16,352 bases of DNA from NCBI GenBank assembly GCA_051294375.1, contig JBJCIZ010001081.1, positions 1-16,352 of the forward strand. Reading direction: 5' to 3'. The translations under genes and the position numbers were made by a program. The number at the start of each line of letters is the position of its first letter. The stretch's first letter is position 1. Below the pieces are notes generated by a model. That model was not told the origin of the DNA and did not search any database. It worked only from the letters and a program-made list of their open reading frames with translations. This document shows positions 1 to 12,300 of this stretch, in pieces. The stretch is from Paraspadella gotoi (taxonomy: Eukaryota > Animalia > Chaetognatha).

Positions 1-199
1 TTTATCTGTTATCATCTATCATTGCTTAGTTAGCATTCGAAACTTAAATTAGTTATCACCTAATTATATTTTATTATTATTTTTCACTTATCATCATTAA
101 CTTTATCCACCGGAGACAAATTATCAATTATCACTAATATTCCGACACCTATCATCAGTCAATTATCTTAACATCAATCATTAATCATAACCCATCCTC

Positions 200-2935
200 C
201 AAAGACAACCCTACGCGATTCTCCGCCGACGTCGAGTTACTTCGGCCCACAACCGCGAAGAACGAGTGGCTCGTCAATCGGCGAGCCCTCGCATCCTCGC
301 CCATCCGCAACGGGGCGAAGATGATCCTCCGGAGGGGAATGGCTCGTCGGCGGAGTGGAGGTCTGTCAGAAATCGTCTGGGAGGACGCTGGACGAGTACA
401 GGTTTGTTGGGCGAAGGGAGAAGTTGATTGATTGATGTGGTGATTGACTGAATGAGGCTAGATCTTTAGGTTCAGAGTTGATTGACGTCCGGGGCCCCTT
501 TGAATAGAAAATCCTTTTTTGACATTTTTTTTATTTCTTTCTTTCTTTTCTTTCTTTCTTGTTTTTCTTTCTTTCTTCTTTCTTTCTTCCTTTTCTTTCT
601 TCTTTCTGTCTTCTTCTTTCTTCTTTCTTCTTTCTTTTTTTCTTTCTTTTGTCCCCTCTATCTCTCTCTCCCTCTCTCTCCTTCTCACCTCCCTTCTCTT
701 CCATTGCTTCTCTCTCTCTCTCTCTCACTATTCTTTCACATTCTTTTCTCTCCATCTCCACCCTTCCACCGCTCCCTACAACCCTTACCCCACCCCCAGA
801 CTCACCCCTTTTCCAAATCCGCGCCCGACTCTCCTCAATGGGCGCCCGCACGCAGTCTTCGCCTTCCAACTCCCGCAATCCGATTCACACGACACGCCCT
901 CCTAATGCGGACACGCGGGAGAGGAAGCTGCGTCCGCCGCGGTTTCAAGACCCGTGCTGCATGGCTGCATCCGTTGGAGGTAGAGTTTTCACAGTTCAAT
1001 CGGTAACATAAGTAAATTTAAGTCGTTTAGATATTAAAGCGAATGATTGTAATTGTTTGAGATGTATAGATCGTTAAGATCGATGCAATCAATCATAATG
1101 TTGATGATCGAATGTGTTAGTGGTGAGTGAGGCTAAGATGTGTCGTGATTTCAGAAGGAAGCATCATAATCATCATAAATAAATCAATTAAAGATTGTGT
1201 CAATTCAATCGATGTTGTAATTCGGTGTTCCGCCCAAACCAAATAACCAATCGTTTCGAAAGCGGAGAGTGATTAAGGCAGTTGGTGGTTGGAAGTCGAT
1301 ATTAGAACGTGTCGTAGAGAGAGATAGAAGATGTGTGCAATGTGGTGGATCAGCAGAGGGTGCATGTCAAGTCGTAGAGTCAATCGATTGGAGTGCCCAG
1401 AGTTCTAGTATATGGTTAGAGTGCTGAAGTGCATCTTAATTTACAATCTGTAGATCAAAACAGGCGTTTTTGGTTACCAATTGTCGGACGAGTCTTGGTC
1501 TCTCCCGATCGAACTCCGTGTGGTCAACATCTACGCCGTCGTTGTTCGGTCGTCCAGGATTGTCCTCGACCGGAGCGACGCGTCGTCGCCGTCTTGCCCG
1601 GCGCCGATGCTCTACGCGGGGCCGACGGAGTTGGCAGTGCACTGCAAGGCCAGGCTGGGCGGCCGGCGCTAACTTTTACATCGTCGGACGGGACCCCGCG
1701 GCGTAGGAAAGGTGCGGTGAGGAGAGAGAGAGGAGAGGAGAGAGAGGAGAGAGAGAGAGAGGAGAGAGAGAGAAGAGAGAGATAGAGAGACTGGAGGACG
1801 AGGAATTGAATTGAATTGAAAATTATAATTGTGAGCTTTAGGCTCGTTTTCACAAACTTGAGTAGAGATGAGAGAGATGATGAGCGGATGAGAGCAGAGA
1901 GAGGAGCGAGAGAGAAGAGAGACGAGAGACAGAGAGAATGAGAGATGACGAGACGGAGAGAAGAGACGAGCAGACGAGAGAGAGAGAAAGAAAAAGAAGT
2001 AGAGAGAGAATAACGAGGGGTTGAATGTATATTTTATGTATTATTATATTTTTTGATTTATTCATTTTGTAAAACTTATTTATTTATTATTTTATTTATT
2101 ATTTCATTTATTTATCTTTTATATTGATGTAGACCGTTTTCTTTCTTTCTTCATCTTTCTTTCTTTCTTTTTCTTTCTTTCTTTTCTTTCTTCTTTCTTT
2201 TCTTCCATTTAAAGATCTATGGGCGCTGCCTCACCCTTCCGTTTCCGGGCTGCCGACCCCTATTTTACTGATCCAACCCAGCGGCGGCCGAAAGTCCTGA
2301 CGAATGTGGCGCCGGGTACTCGCTCACCTCGGAAGTTCATTCCTTTCAAATCGGATAAGTTAGGTCTTTTTGGACGAATATTTTTTCCTACTATGGATGT
2401 TGGTACCATCATTACGAAATATGTTTGTATTTTTTCTTTAACTTTTCTTTCTTCTCCCTTTTGGCCTTTTCCTTTCCTTTCCTCTTTCCTTTCCTTATCA
2501 CTTTCCTTTCCTTTCCTTCCTTTTCTTCCTTTCTTTTCCTTTCCTTTCCTCTCCTTTCCAGTTTCCTCAATCTCCACATATCATGTAACCATGATCCGTA
2601 CCTTCTATTTTTCCAAATCATAATAAATACTTCACCTATGCTTCCTCCTATCTTCCCCCTGTATCGCTCCTCCCCCCGCATCCTCCCCTCCTCCTCCCCC
2701 CCAACCCACCCCCCCCCCCAAAAGAATTACCTAAGATGGGGCGGGACCTGACACGGATCGCGCTCCGCAACTAGCATGAGCTCCTCTCGATCTCTCGAGG
2801 ACAGCTCGAGTGATTCAGAACCATCATAATCGGCGGAAACGAGGGATGACGAGAACCGTTCTCGTCTCGGCCTGAAGGGTCGCTGGCCTCCGCCGGAAGG
2901 GTTCATGGGCCGGACGCGCTGGAGGTCCTTAGCGA
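200..2935 (+). CDS. Putative multi-exon immunoglobulin-superfamily gene fragment, frameshifted in this sequence (exon-like blocks ~200-401, ~815-979, ~1454-1710, ~2214-2355, ~2735-2935)
   Basis: GC-rich islands separated by SSR-rich, intron-like DNA, with donor-like ends (CAG|GTTTGT at 401, GAG|GTAGAG at 979, AAG|GTGCGG at 1710). Allowing single indels they read as Ig motifs: EWLVN(G)EP, EIVWEDAG(E)Y, PIELRVV, VHCKA..W.AANF, ECGAGYSLTSEVHSFQI, WPPPE. No clean ORF; exon edges approximate. Confidence 0.4.
520..745. repeat. Pyrimidine-rich (CTTT)n/(CT)n simple repeat
   Basis: Directly visible; explains the F/L/S-rich and K/E/R-rich ORFs here. Confidence 0.9.
1721..2010. repeat. Degenerate (AG)n microsatellite tracts (1721-1790, 1862-2010)
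   Basis: Directly visible. Confidence 0.85.
2138..2560. repeat. (CTTT)n/(CCTTT)n tracts (2138-2205, 2440-2560) flanking an exon-like island
   Basis: Directly visible. Confidence 0.8.
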
Positions 2936-3873
2936 TCTCTCTAGCTCTGAGCGGAAGGCAAGGGAAGAGTATAGATGGCATTGAGGATGGACTACGCCGA
3001 GACATAGGATGACCCAATCCGAGCGATCGCGACCTCGAACAGAACAATCATAGCTCAAGAGATCGCGCAATCACGAGCGAAGCATAGTAACGAGAATGGT
3101 CCTGCTGAAACATAGACGCGAGAGTGAATTAGAGGATAGATGGAGAGACCGGACTATGGCATAAGGTGGAATAGGGGGGAACAAAAAGTCGCTTATAATG
3201 AATGGAGAGGAATTAGTGAGTAGGATAAGATGCGAAGACGGGATGGTAGAGGTTATAGATGAAGAGGGTCATGGTAGAGGAGTAGATGAAGAGCCTGAAT
3301 GGTATGAGGCATTAGATCGTGATAGAAGGGTGGTTAGTTATGCCTTCAGTCCACGTACTTCGTTAATTCTATGTTATTGTTTATTCGTATGGAAATTAAA
3401 TTCCGCGAATTATAAACCCTCGTTTTTTTTGATTTGATGTATTCTACTCAAATTGTAGTTATATATTTTGTTTAATTTGGTAACCCGTTGCATAATAGCA
3501 TTATTATATTAAAGACGAGAACTTAGTAGTTATGATGACAGATAACAGGATGTCGAGTAATCTAAAAACGCAATGCGTCGAAAACTCATGAAGTGCCAAA
3601 ATCGTGAAGCTCATTTTTCCTATAGTTTTTCGTTTAAACTGTACGATGATGGCGGAAAAATAGCCCTCAATTGCTTACGGGCGTCTTAACCCCACGACCG
3701 CGAAAAAAAACGAACAAGAACGAACAAACATTGTGCATTTTCGTTTTATTGCGATTTAGTCTTATTTACGATAGATAGTCGAACTGGTTTAAACTGGGCT
3801 AATGAGTTATTTCGTTACTGTCTTCAATGTGGAAAGGATTTTTGTGAAAATTATTTTTCGGCATACGAGGAAT

Positions 3874-3916
3874 GTCTGTCTGTCTGTCTTCTCTCTTCTC
3901 TCTCTTCTCTCCATCA

Positions 3917-3954
<38 letters not shown>

Positions 3955-3968
3955 CTCCTCTTTCCTCT
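3874..3968. repeat. (CTGT)n/(CT)n microsatellite
   Basis: Directly visible. Confidence 0.9.
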
Positions 3969-4544
3969 TAACTATAAAGTTACTTGGGTAATTCATCGCT
4001 AATTTTAAGTCAAAATATATTCATCAACAATGAAAGCAAAATAGACACCAGAAAAAACTGACACCAGTCCGGTTCAAACTGAAGAAATTTGATAATTTCT
4101 ATGGTGGACACTGGGATACTGAAAAGATCAAAAACATCAAACATAAAGAATGCTATTTTGTTTTCAAATAAACTAAGTATGATACAAAACCCATGATGCT
4201 TACATTTTATTTACAAACTTCTTTGGAAACAGGAACGACATCAACATGAATAGGGAAAAAAAGGGGAAGTGTAAGCGAAGTCACATTCAAAATACGAGTT
4301 CTTGCATTTTATTTTTTACCTAACTACTTATGCAAATATCAAAGTCACAATACATAACGCACTTACTACTGGATTCTTAATACGAGCGGCAACATTTTAT
4401 TTGATAGGCTTGATAGAATGAAGTTTTAATTTTATTTTTTAGACCAATATTGAAAAACTGCACTTTCGTGCAACTCATTCGAGAAATGCCTTCTATTTAT
4501 CACCATCGCATGATACGTCTAAATCTGTTCCTATTTTATATACT

Positions 4545-6860
4545 CTAATTTTGTATCGCAAACATTTGAACAAGACACTTTCCGAGCGCCATCTTGGTGA
4601 CGAGAGCACGCAAACCGCCGGGCGACCGCCATGAGACCGAGAGACGGTCTTCCTTCTCTCTCTCCCCCATTGCAAAGCTTCTTCTTGCAGGCGAATCCTT
4701 TCTTGGGTTCCTTGTGTTTGAGAATGTTCTTGATGACCGTATATAACGGCGGAAGGATGCGTCGAAGACTTTGACGACCTCTTGGGAACTTCTTTCTTGA
4801 GTCGTTGGAGACGTGGGTGGAGGTTCATGTACTCCCGCGTTCTTCTTGCAACCTTTGGGATGCGAGGAAAGGGGGGGGAGTATAAGGGGGGAGAGTAAAT
4901 GGGAGTAAGGGTCGTTGAATGTAGATAGATTTTGAAATGAATTGTGAGCGATTCGGAAATCATGCGGTTTGGCGGGCACAGTTAAAAGATTTAAAGGATT
5001 ATATTTAATAATTAAGGTAGTTTTATATCAAACTCAAATCACATTCATAACTTCATTTCCTCACATTTTGCTCTCCTTGACGAAACTCCTTCTCCGTGCG
5101 CCAGGGCGCAGCCCTCGAGTCGTCAGGCTCCCGCCGAAAGTTTGGGCCTTTGGTGGCAGAAGTTTTCCCAAAGGCGCAAGTGACCTGGAGCCAGTTGCAT
5201 TTCTCTGTCGGGCGGAAGAGTGGGGGGCGGAGGAGGAGAAAAAGACCAAAATAGAAAAGTGATGAGCTATATGAAAATATATATATAATATATGAAATTG
5301 TACAACCAATATAAAAAACTCCGTCTTTTTAATAAATAAGGATGCTCTTGCCCTGATTTGGAAAGGCTTGGCGGTTTAACTGCGCCAGTCACTCTTACAA
5401 TATATTGTGTTTTACTTCCGTCTTACACAAATAGTTGAAACAGTACATTCCCAACATTGACAACTCGTTGTATGCCTAGTCTATTGTCCCGTTGTCCCAT
5501 TCTCATCGCTCGAGGATCGAAAACAAATGAGCATCGCGTCGAAACGATCGATGAGCTGAACTTTTATTTAGAAATAATTTTTTTTGAAGAGATATTCAAA
5601 TCGAGTTTGAATGTTTTTTTCCCCCTTTCAACTTTTTTAAAGTCAGATTAACCTGAATGGTGTCTGATTACGTCACTGTTGAGCATGAGCTTTTCGGCTT
5701 TTGTCCGTCCTTGGCTCCAAAGGGATTCTGCTTATTCATTTTTTTTATTGATGTTATTGCTCCTTTTCGGTTTAATTTACGTTTTTGTAACTTTTGAACA
5801 GATTCGACCGCGTTCGTCGTCCGTCCGATCGTCGTCATCGTCGTCGTCGTCGTAATGATTGGTCGGTTGAAAAAAATTTTATTGTAATGTTTTATTGTAA
5901 AAAGAAGTTTATTATCAACAACCCGTCATTTTGAAAAGAAATTAAAAAAAATAAATTAAAATTGAAAAAATAATGATGAAATTTAGATTAGAAAAACGTC
6001 GAATTTGGGATCAAGTGGCAGTATTTTTTTCTTTTGATAGAAAACCCAAATTATTTCGATCTTATTATGACAAAGATCATCTGTTCAGGTAAGAGTGAAG
6101 TTGAGTAGAAAGAAGAGAGCTTAGAAAAGAGAGAGAGATAGAGAGAGAGAAGGAGAACAGGTGAGAGTCAGACAATACAAACAGGGATGAAATTTTTTTT
6201 TTTGATGCTAGTGCTAGACAATATAGTATTTCCCCCCGTTCTAATACAATTGAAACATTCTTTTAAATAATACTATACTTCATTGATAGGAAAGCAATGT
6301 AGCCCTAGGGTACTCTGGGAGTGAATGAACGAGGACTTTGAGAGAGTCTTATTGAAGGCTTGCAAGGACCTGCCATGTAATTATCTTGTAGGCGTGATGG
6401 AGGCCTTAAACCAACCCAAAGCCCCGTCCAAAGGTCAGGACATTTATTGAATGGACCATGGGATACTTTTTTATATTTGGAAGGACCCAATTTTAAAAAA
6501 AAAATATTTCAAATTTACGAACCCCAAGATGAATGCTATTTTCGATAGCTATACCCACGGTGGCCGGGTGATACGCCATTTTGAACCTACTCATGCCCCA
6601 ATCGTATTGCCGGGATGAATACTTTCCGGCACAAACTCTGTTTTAGTGCCCGATTTGGAACTTTTTTACTCGGTTCCCCAATTGGCTGCCGGAAGTATGC
6701 CTCTCCTCGCAAAAACTTACCCAACGCCCCAATGTGGATGCCTCGTGATGCATTGATGGACACTGAATTCCAGCGGCGTCGATTTGCGTCGACCGCTGCG
6801 GCGACGACGGACGACGACGACGAAAAGCCGACGATCCCGCTCGCGGCGACATTTCTGAAT
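4545..6860 (-). CDS. Putative multi-exon glycosyltransferase family 8 gene (XXYLT1/GXYLT/LARGE-like), frameshifted in this sequence
   Basis: Minus-strand fragments occur in GT8 order: IHIG..SFCEE...KKFQI(A)LK (~6740-6640); KLMLNSDVI (DXD-like, ~5690-5666); LIDRFD (~5548); VNVGNVLFQL (N-x-G-V-x-L-like, ~5460-5432); RQAFPNQ/GQEHPYLLKR (DQ..N-like, ~5373-5324); KCNWLQVTC (C-x-W-N-x-Q-like). The last motif lies in exon ~5204-5065 with a pyrimidine-tract CAG acceptor and GTGAGG donor. A last exon starts at AAG|GTTGC (~4852). Needs several indels; comparison to GT8 is from memory, not a search. Confidence 0.45.
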
Positions 6861-6975
6861 AGTCAAAGAAAAAAAAAGTTTGGATTAAAAATTTGAGAAA
6901 TCGATTTTGGTCGAAAAAAAGTTTTGACACTATTCGCGGCTTTCTGCGAACGATTGGCAGAAGGCCATTCAGTTG

Positions 6976-7272
6976 GAGAGAGAGAGAGATTAGAGAGAGA
7001 GACGAGAGAGAGAGAGAAGAGAGAAGAGACTGCAGACGAGAGGTGAGAGAGACAGAGAGAGGAGAGAGAGCACGGATAAAAGGGGGAAGAGAGTAGAAGA
7101 GACGGAGGGGCGCGGCGATTACAAGAAGAGAGGAGAACGGCGGGAAGAGCGAGAATGAGACGACGAGAGAAAAGAGAGAGAGAGACGAAGACGAGGAGGA
7201 GAGAACGAAGAGATGACCGAGAGACGAGAGAGAGATGAGAGAGAGAGGAAAGAGCAGAGAAAGACGAGAGGA
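6976..7272. repeat. Degenerate (AG)n microsatellite
   Basis: Directly visible. Confidence 0.85.
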
Positions 7273-7596
7273 GCCCCAATGAAGAAGGCGTTCAAGTATA
7301 AAGAGATCAGGAAGGTTTTTTTATTTCAGTTGGACTTTAAATTTTTCATCGTGGTTAGGATTGACGAATTTCGGAAGGAAAAAAATTTATTTTGTTTTCG
7401 AAGGGGCTTTGTTGTTATCGGTTTCAGTTGCTTTATTATTGTACTGTATTGTTTACGATTACGGCCGATCGGCTAATTTCGTACTTCATTTAATTAAAGC
7501 CTTGTACCACTCACCGTTTCAATCAAAATCCCGGACGACCTGATTAAAAAGAAAAAAAAAAAAAACCCTTTTACTACCTCCCTTGTCCTCATGGCT

Positions 7597-7605
7597 CCCT
7601 CTCTG

Positions 7606-7673
<68 letters not shown>

Positions 7674-7677
7674 CCTC
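7597..7677. repeat. (CT)n microsatellite
   Basis: Directly visible. Confidence 0.9.
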
Positions 7678-7825
7678 ACTCAATGGTCACATTCGTGTGT
7701 GACCCGCCTCAAACGCGCCTCCTCTAACCTGCGACCTTCCGGATCCGGCACTCGCGAAAAGGGGGGGGGGGGCCAGAGCGGCGTGAGGGGGGGGAACGAA
7801 TTTGGAAGGGAAAAAAGGGAAAGGA

Positions 7826-8034
7826 TGTGCCACCGACAACCTTCAAATCTCGATCAAGATTCTCTCTCTTCAACTGGTTCAGTTATTTCAACCACTTGTC
7901 CCTCACGTGTCCTTACCTTTTGTCCTGTAAATAGTCAGACGTAGTATTGTTATTGTTATCGCTTTGTTACTGTTGGAGAATACAAAAATCATTCTCGATC
8001 TGAACCTTCGTCCTCGTTAACATCTAATGCCACA
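7826..8034 (+). repeat. 5' LTR (~209 bp, TGTG...CACA)
   Basis: Starts TGTGCCACCG and ends TGCCACA, followed at once by the PBS. Homologous to 15951-15989 (direct) and 16183-16351 (inverted). Confidence 0.88.
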
Positions 8035-8048
8035 CGGTGAGCCCGACG
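8035..8048 (+). promoter_or_regulatory. Primer-binding site, tRNA-Trp-like
   Basis: CGGTGAGCCCGACG matches 12/14 of TGGTGACCCCGACG, the complement of the animal tRNA-Trp 3' end, directly after the LTR-terminal CA. Confidence 0.75.
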
Positions 8049-8230
8049 AAAAAGAAATAAAGCCCAAAAATCATTTTTCTCCCTAATAAAACTAAAGTCC
8101 AAATCTTAAAGCAAAATAAACTTTTCTCTACACGTGTCTACCCAAACCCCGCAATCTGGATACTAAAACTAGCTGGATTTTCCGACCTCGCCCGTCTACA
8201 CCTGCTGACGAAGAAGAAGAGGTTTCTAAC

Positions 8231-9319
8231 ATGCCCATCACCAGAAGCGCTTCAAAATCCGACGCCGCCGGCGCGGACGAGACGTTCCAAGACGCCGACG
8301 CTCCACCAATGACTATGGAGACAATGGCCGATGCTATACTGGCAATGCAAAGGCAAATAACGGAAATGTTGGCGAAAATAAATTCTCCCCAAACAAACTC
8401 AAGCCTAACATCAACGAATCTGCCGGCCATGGTTGAAGAAGATGCTGACAGCGCTCCTGTTTCACATGACGCCGGCCTTCCTCGTCCGCGGACGCCGAAG
8501 CTGCCAACCTTCGACGCCGACAACATTGAGGATTGGATCCTGGCGGCAGACACTGCTTTTGAGGTGGCCGACGTCCATGATGAGCGCACCAAAAAAGCTC
8601 ACGCCCTCGCGGCAATCCCGACGGAACGTCACCGCCACCTTGACTTAACAATACGCCAGGACAAATCCCCCGGGGCTTACGCCCGTCTTACAGCCCATCT
8701 CCGAAACATCTACGGCGATGCCAAGCCCCAGAGAGCGGCCAAACTTCTCAGGATGACTTCCTTAAAAGGGAGTACCCCTCTCCAACATCTTGCTGCCTTG
8801 AAAACGCAAGCTCAAGGCCTGACCGTTGACGACCTCATCCGGGCTCTTCTGGTTTCTTCTCTACCGGTCTCTGTCCGAGACCATGTCCTCAACAATGAGA
8901 GCTCCCTTGACGATGTGGCCAAGACTGCCAACAACTTCTACACTCCTGCAGGGAACCTGCGTAATCAGGCCACACCCGGCGTGGTTAATGCAGTTACATT
9001 CACCACCAATCCTGTTGCAGAGGAACTGGACGAGACCATCGCGCCTCCAGAGGAGTTTTTGGATGATGATGCAGCTGCTCCTACTTCATATGCCAACGCA
9101 GTCAAACGAACTTATTCTAGACCGCCACTTCGCCTACGTAATCAACAGCAAGCCCGACCACATCGCCAAAACGACTCACCAAGTTACTTTCGCAGCCGAA
9201 ACCCTCTTCCATATGGTGAGAAGAAGTGCGTCTATCACTTTGTCTATGGCTCCAAGGCGATAAAATGCGACGGCCCTCCCTGCCCAATGGCGTCAAACGG
9301 AAACGCCGGCGGCCGCTAG
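8231..9319 (+). CDS. gag: Gag (362 aa) with C-terminal CHCC motif
   Basis: Intact ORF after the PBS; KLPTF...W capsid-like start; CVYHFVYGSKAIKCDGPPC = C-X2-H-X9-C-X4-C at 9227-9283. Confidence 0.92.
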   Translation: MPITRSASKSDAAGADETFQDADAPPMTMETMADAILAMQRQITEMLAKINSPQTNSSLTSTNLPAMVEEDADSAPVSHDAGLPRPRTPKLPTFDADNIEDWILAADTAFEVADVHDERTKKAHALAAIPTERHRHLDLTIRQDKSPGAYARLTAHLRNIYGDAKPQRAAKLLRMTSLKGSTPLQHLAALKTQAQGLTVDDLIRALLVSSLPVSVRDHVLNNESSLDDVAKTANNFYTPAGNLRNQATPGVVNAVTFTTNPVAEELDETIAPPEEFLDDDAAAPTSYANAVKRTYSRPPLRLRNQQQARPHRQNDSPSYFRSRNPLPYGEKKCVYHFVYGSKAIKCDGPPCPMASNGNAGGR

Positions 9320-9336
9320 TCGCCCGCGTCGCCGGC
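9298..9336 (+). promoter_or_regulatory. Putative -1 ribosomal frameshift signal
   Basis: pol is in the -1 frame relative to gag. C_GGA_AAC (9298-9304) is in gag codon phase and is followed by the stem GCCGGCGGC (9305-9313)/GTCGCCGGC (9328-9336). Confidence 0.65.
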
Positions 9337-12300
9337 CGAAATTCTTCTAATCTTTTCTTCCTGCGCGACCCAGATGCTGGCGTGGAGTGGCTGGTCGACG
9401 GTGGCTCGGAGGCAACTCTATTACCTGCAACCAACTCCGACCGCGCAAAGGCGGCAACCGATCCAGCCGCCGTCAAAGCAGCTCTCGCAGCAGCAAAATT
9501 CCCAACACTCCACGCCGCAAACGACACACCCATCGAAATTTATGGCATCAAGGATATGCAAATCCGCTTAGGCAACCGAACTTACCCATACACTGTCGCA
9601 ATCGCAGATGTTGCCACGCCAATCCTTGGTGCAGATTTTTTGATGGAGTTCCACCTTGGCGTCGACCACCGTCGACGCCTCCTGCTCGACTTAGACGACT
9701 TCACAGTCATCACTGGCCACCCGGGAAAGTCCACTCCCACTCCTCCTCGCGTCCACCTCGCTCGTGACGCATACTCTGCTTTACTAGACGAACGGCCAGA
9801 ACTCACCAAACTAGTCTTTAATTCAGCACCACCCAAACATGGTGTCGAACACCAAATCCCAACAAAAGGCCCACCTGTTCACGCCCGCGCCCGACGCCTT
9901 GCTCCCGACCAACTGGCTGCTGCCAAGGCAGAATTCCAAAAAATGGAAGAGCTTGGAATAATCCGTCGTTCAACATCATCCTGGGCCTCTCCACTCCACG
10001 TTGTCCGCAAGCCTGATGGCTCTTTAAGGCCGTGCGGCGACTATCGACGTCTCAATTGTGCTACAATAGATGACCGCTACCCAATTCGTCACTTACTAGA
10101 TTTCAATGCGGATGTAGCAGGAAAAACTGTCTTCTCAAAAATCGATCTCTGTAAGGGATACCATCAAATCCCTGTAACGAAAGAGGACCGACACAAGACG
10201 GCAATCATCACGCCGTTTGGCTTGTGGGAATTCAATTTCATGCCATTCGGCTTGAAAAACGCCGCACAAGATTTTCAACGAATGATGGATAGGGTCCTCA
10301 ATGGAATTCCACACGTGTTTGTCTATTTGGACGACCTCCTCGTGGCATCAAACTCACATGAGGAACACCTTGAAGACCTCAAGAGAGTCTTCAACACACT
10401 TGCCGACAACGGTCTTGTGGTCAATCGTGCCAAATGTGTGTTCGGCGCATCAAGCTTGGAATTCCTGGGATATCAAGTCAATTGCCATGGCGTCAGTCCC
10501 CTTCCATCAAAAGTTGATGCAATACGCAACATGGCCACGCCCACATCCACCAAGGAGCTTCAACGCTTTATAGGCATGGTCAACTACTATCGCCGCTTCG
10601 TTCCGCACGCCGCCGAGCACATGGCACCACTCTTGGAACTCCTCAGTGGAAAACGCCGAACGTTTTCATGGGAAGCAAAGCAGGATATAGCTTTCCAAAC
10701 AATCAAAGATGCCTTGGCTGATGCAACCATGTTAGTCCACCCAGTTGATGGCGCTCCTCTCTCCCTCACTGTCGATGCTTCCGACATCGCGGTTGGCGCC
10801 GTCCTGGAGCAATCCGTCAACTCTTCATGGCAGCCCCTTGGGTTTTTCTCCAAGCGCCTCAAGCCGGCTCAACAAAAGTGGCCTCCATTTGACAAGGAAC
10901 TCCTTGCAGCTCACAGCGCCATCCGCCACTTCCGGCCCTACATTGAAGGTCGACGGTTCACTTTGTTTAGTGATCATATATCACTAGTCCCAGCGCTCCG
11001 TAAAAAGGCAGAACCGCACACAATGCGGCAAACTTATCAGCTTGCCGGTATAGCAGAGTTCACAGGCGACATCCGACACATTGCGGGAAAAGCCAATGTC
11101 GTCGCGGACACCCTCTCACGACCCTCCGCGGAAACACCCCCAACAACTCCAGAAAAATCATCAGAGCCAGATGCTACCAATAAGCGCGCTAAGGACGATG
11201 TAATCGCATCAGTCAATGCAATTGGCTCCCTCAGTGTGAACCTGGAAGCAATGGCAGCAGACCAGGCAACAGACAACGACGTCCAAGACCTTCTCAACAA
11301 TCACCAAACTGGGCTAGAACTAAAAACGATCCTCATCGGAAACGCTCCTCTCATTTGCGACACTTCCGGTACGCGCGCGCGTCCTCTCGTCCCAGCAAAC
11401 TGGCGCCGCCGTATATTCGAAGCAACCCATAACGTTGGCCACCCTGGAATTAAGGCATCCAAAAGCCTTGTTTCAAAAAGGTTCGTCTGGCCCTCTGTTT
11501 CCAGTGACGTTGGCCGGTGGGCGGCCGCCTGTGACGCCTGCCAACGCGCCAAAATACAACGTCATATTCGAACGCCTCTACAGCAGTTTGAGCCTCCCTC
11601 ACGGCGCTTCGCCCACATCCACGTGGACCTCGTTGGCCCACTCCCCCCCGCCTCAGGACACACCCACCTCCTGACAATCATTGACCGTTTCACAAGGTGG
11701 CCGGAAGTAGCGCCACTTCGTGATACATCCGCGGCATCAATAGCCAACGCCTTCCTTCTATACTGGGTTTCACGCTTTGGGGTCCCCGCCGTCGTAACTA
11801 CTGATCGAGGAGCACAATTTACCTCGGAACTGTGGCGCCAAGTGGCCGCAGTAGTAGGTTTTGATCCAGCAACCACCACAGCATACCATCCTCAATCAAA
11901 TGGCATGGTAGAAAGACTGCACCGGACGCTCAAGTCGTCTCTCAGAGCAAAATGCGACGCCGCCGGTGAAAATTGGCTGAAGCAACTCCCTTGGACTCTT
12001 CTTAGTCTCCGAGCCACGCCCCGCGACGACTCCAATATCTCACCCGCCGAGCTCACACTAGGGGAAACGTTAACACTCCCGGGACAACTCCTCCCAACGC
12101 CGTCAACTGACGTCGACATCGCTGAACGAAACAAAATCGTAGAGGAGCTCCGTCAAGACGTCGCGCTATTGCAGCCTCTTCCGGCCGCGTGGCACACCTC
12201 CCCAACCGCCCACGTCCCAGACTCGCTCGCCGACGCCAGCCGCGTATACATACGACGCGATGGCCATTCAACGCCGCTACAACCACCTTATGACGGGCCT

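Noticed and set aside
3198-3437. Acidic 79-aa ORF as a standalone gene
   Set aside because: Purine-biased low-complexity sequence with no motif. It could be a degraded exon of the Ig-like gene, but this is unsupported.
458-7944. Many 60-170 aa ORFs rich in F/L/S or R/E/K
   Set aside because: Translations of CT/AG microsatellites.
8128-12286. Antisense and alternate-frame ORFs over gag-pol
   Set aside because: Shadow ORFs of GC-rich coding sequence with no recognisable motifs.
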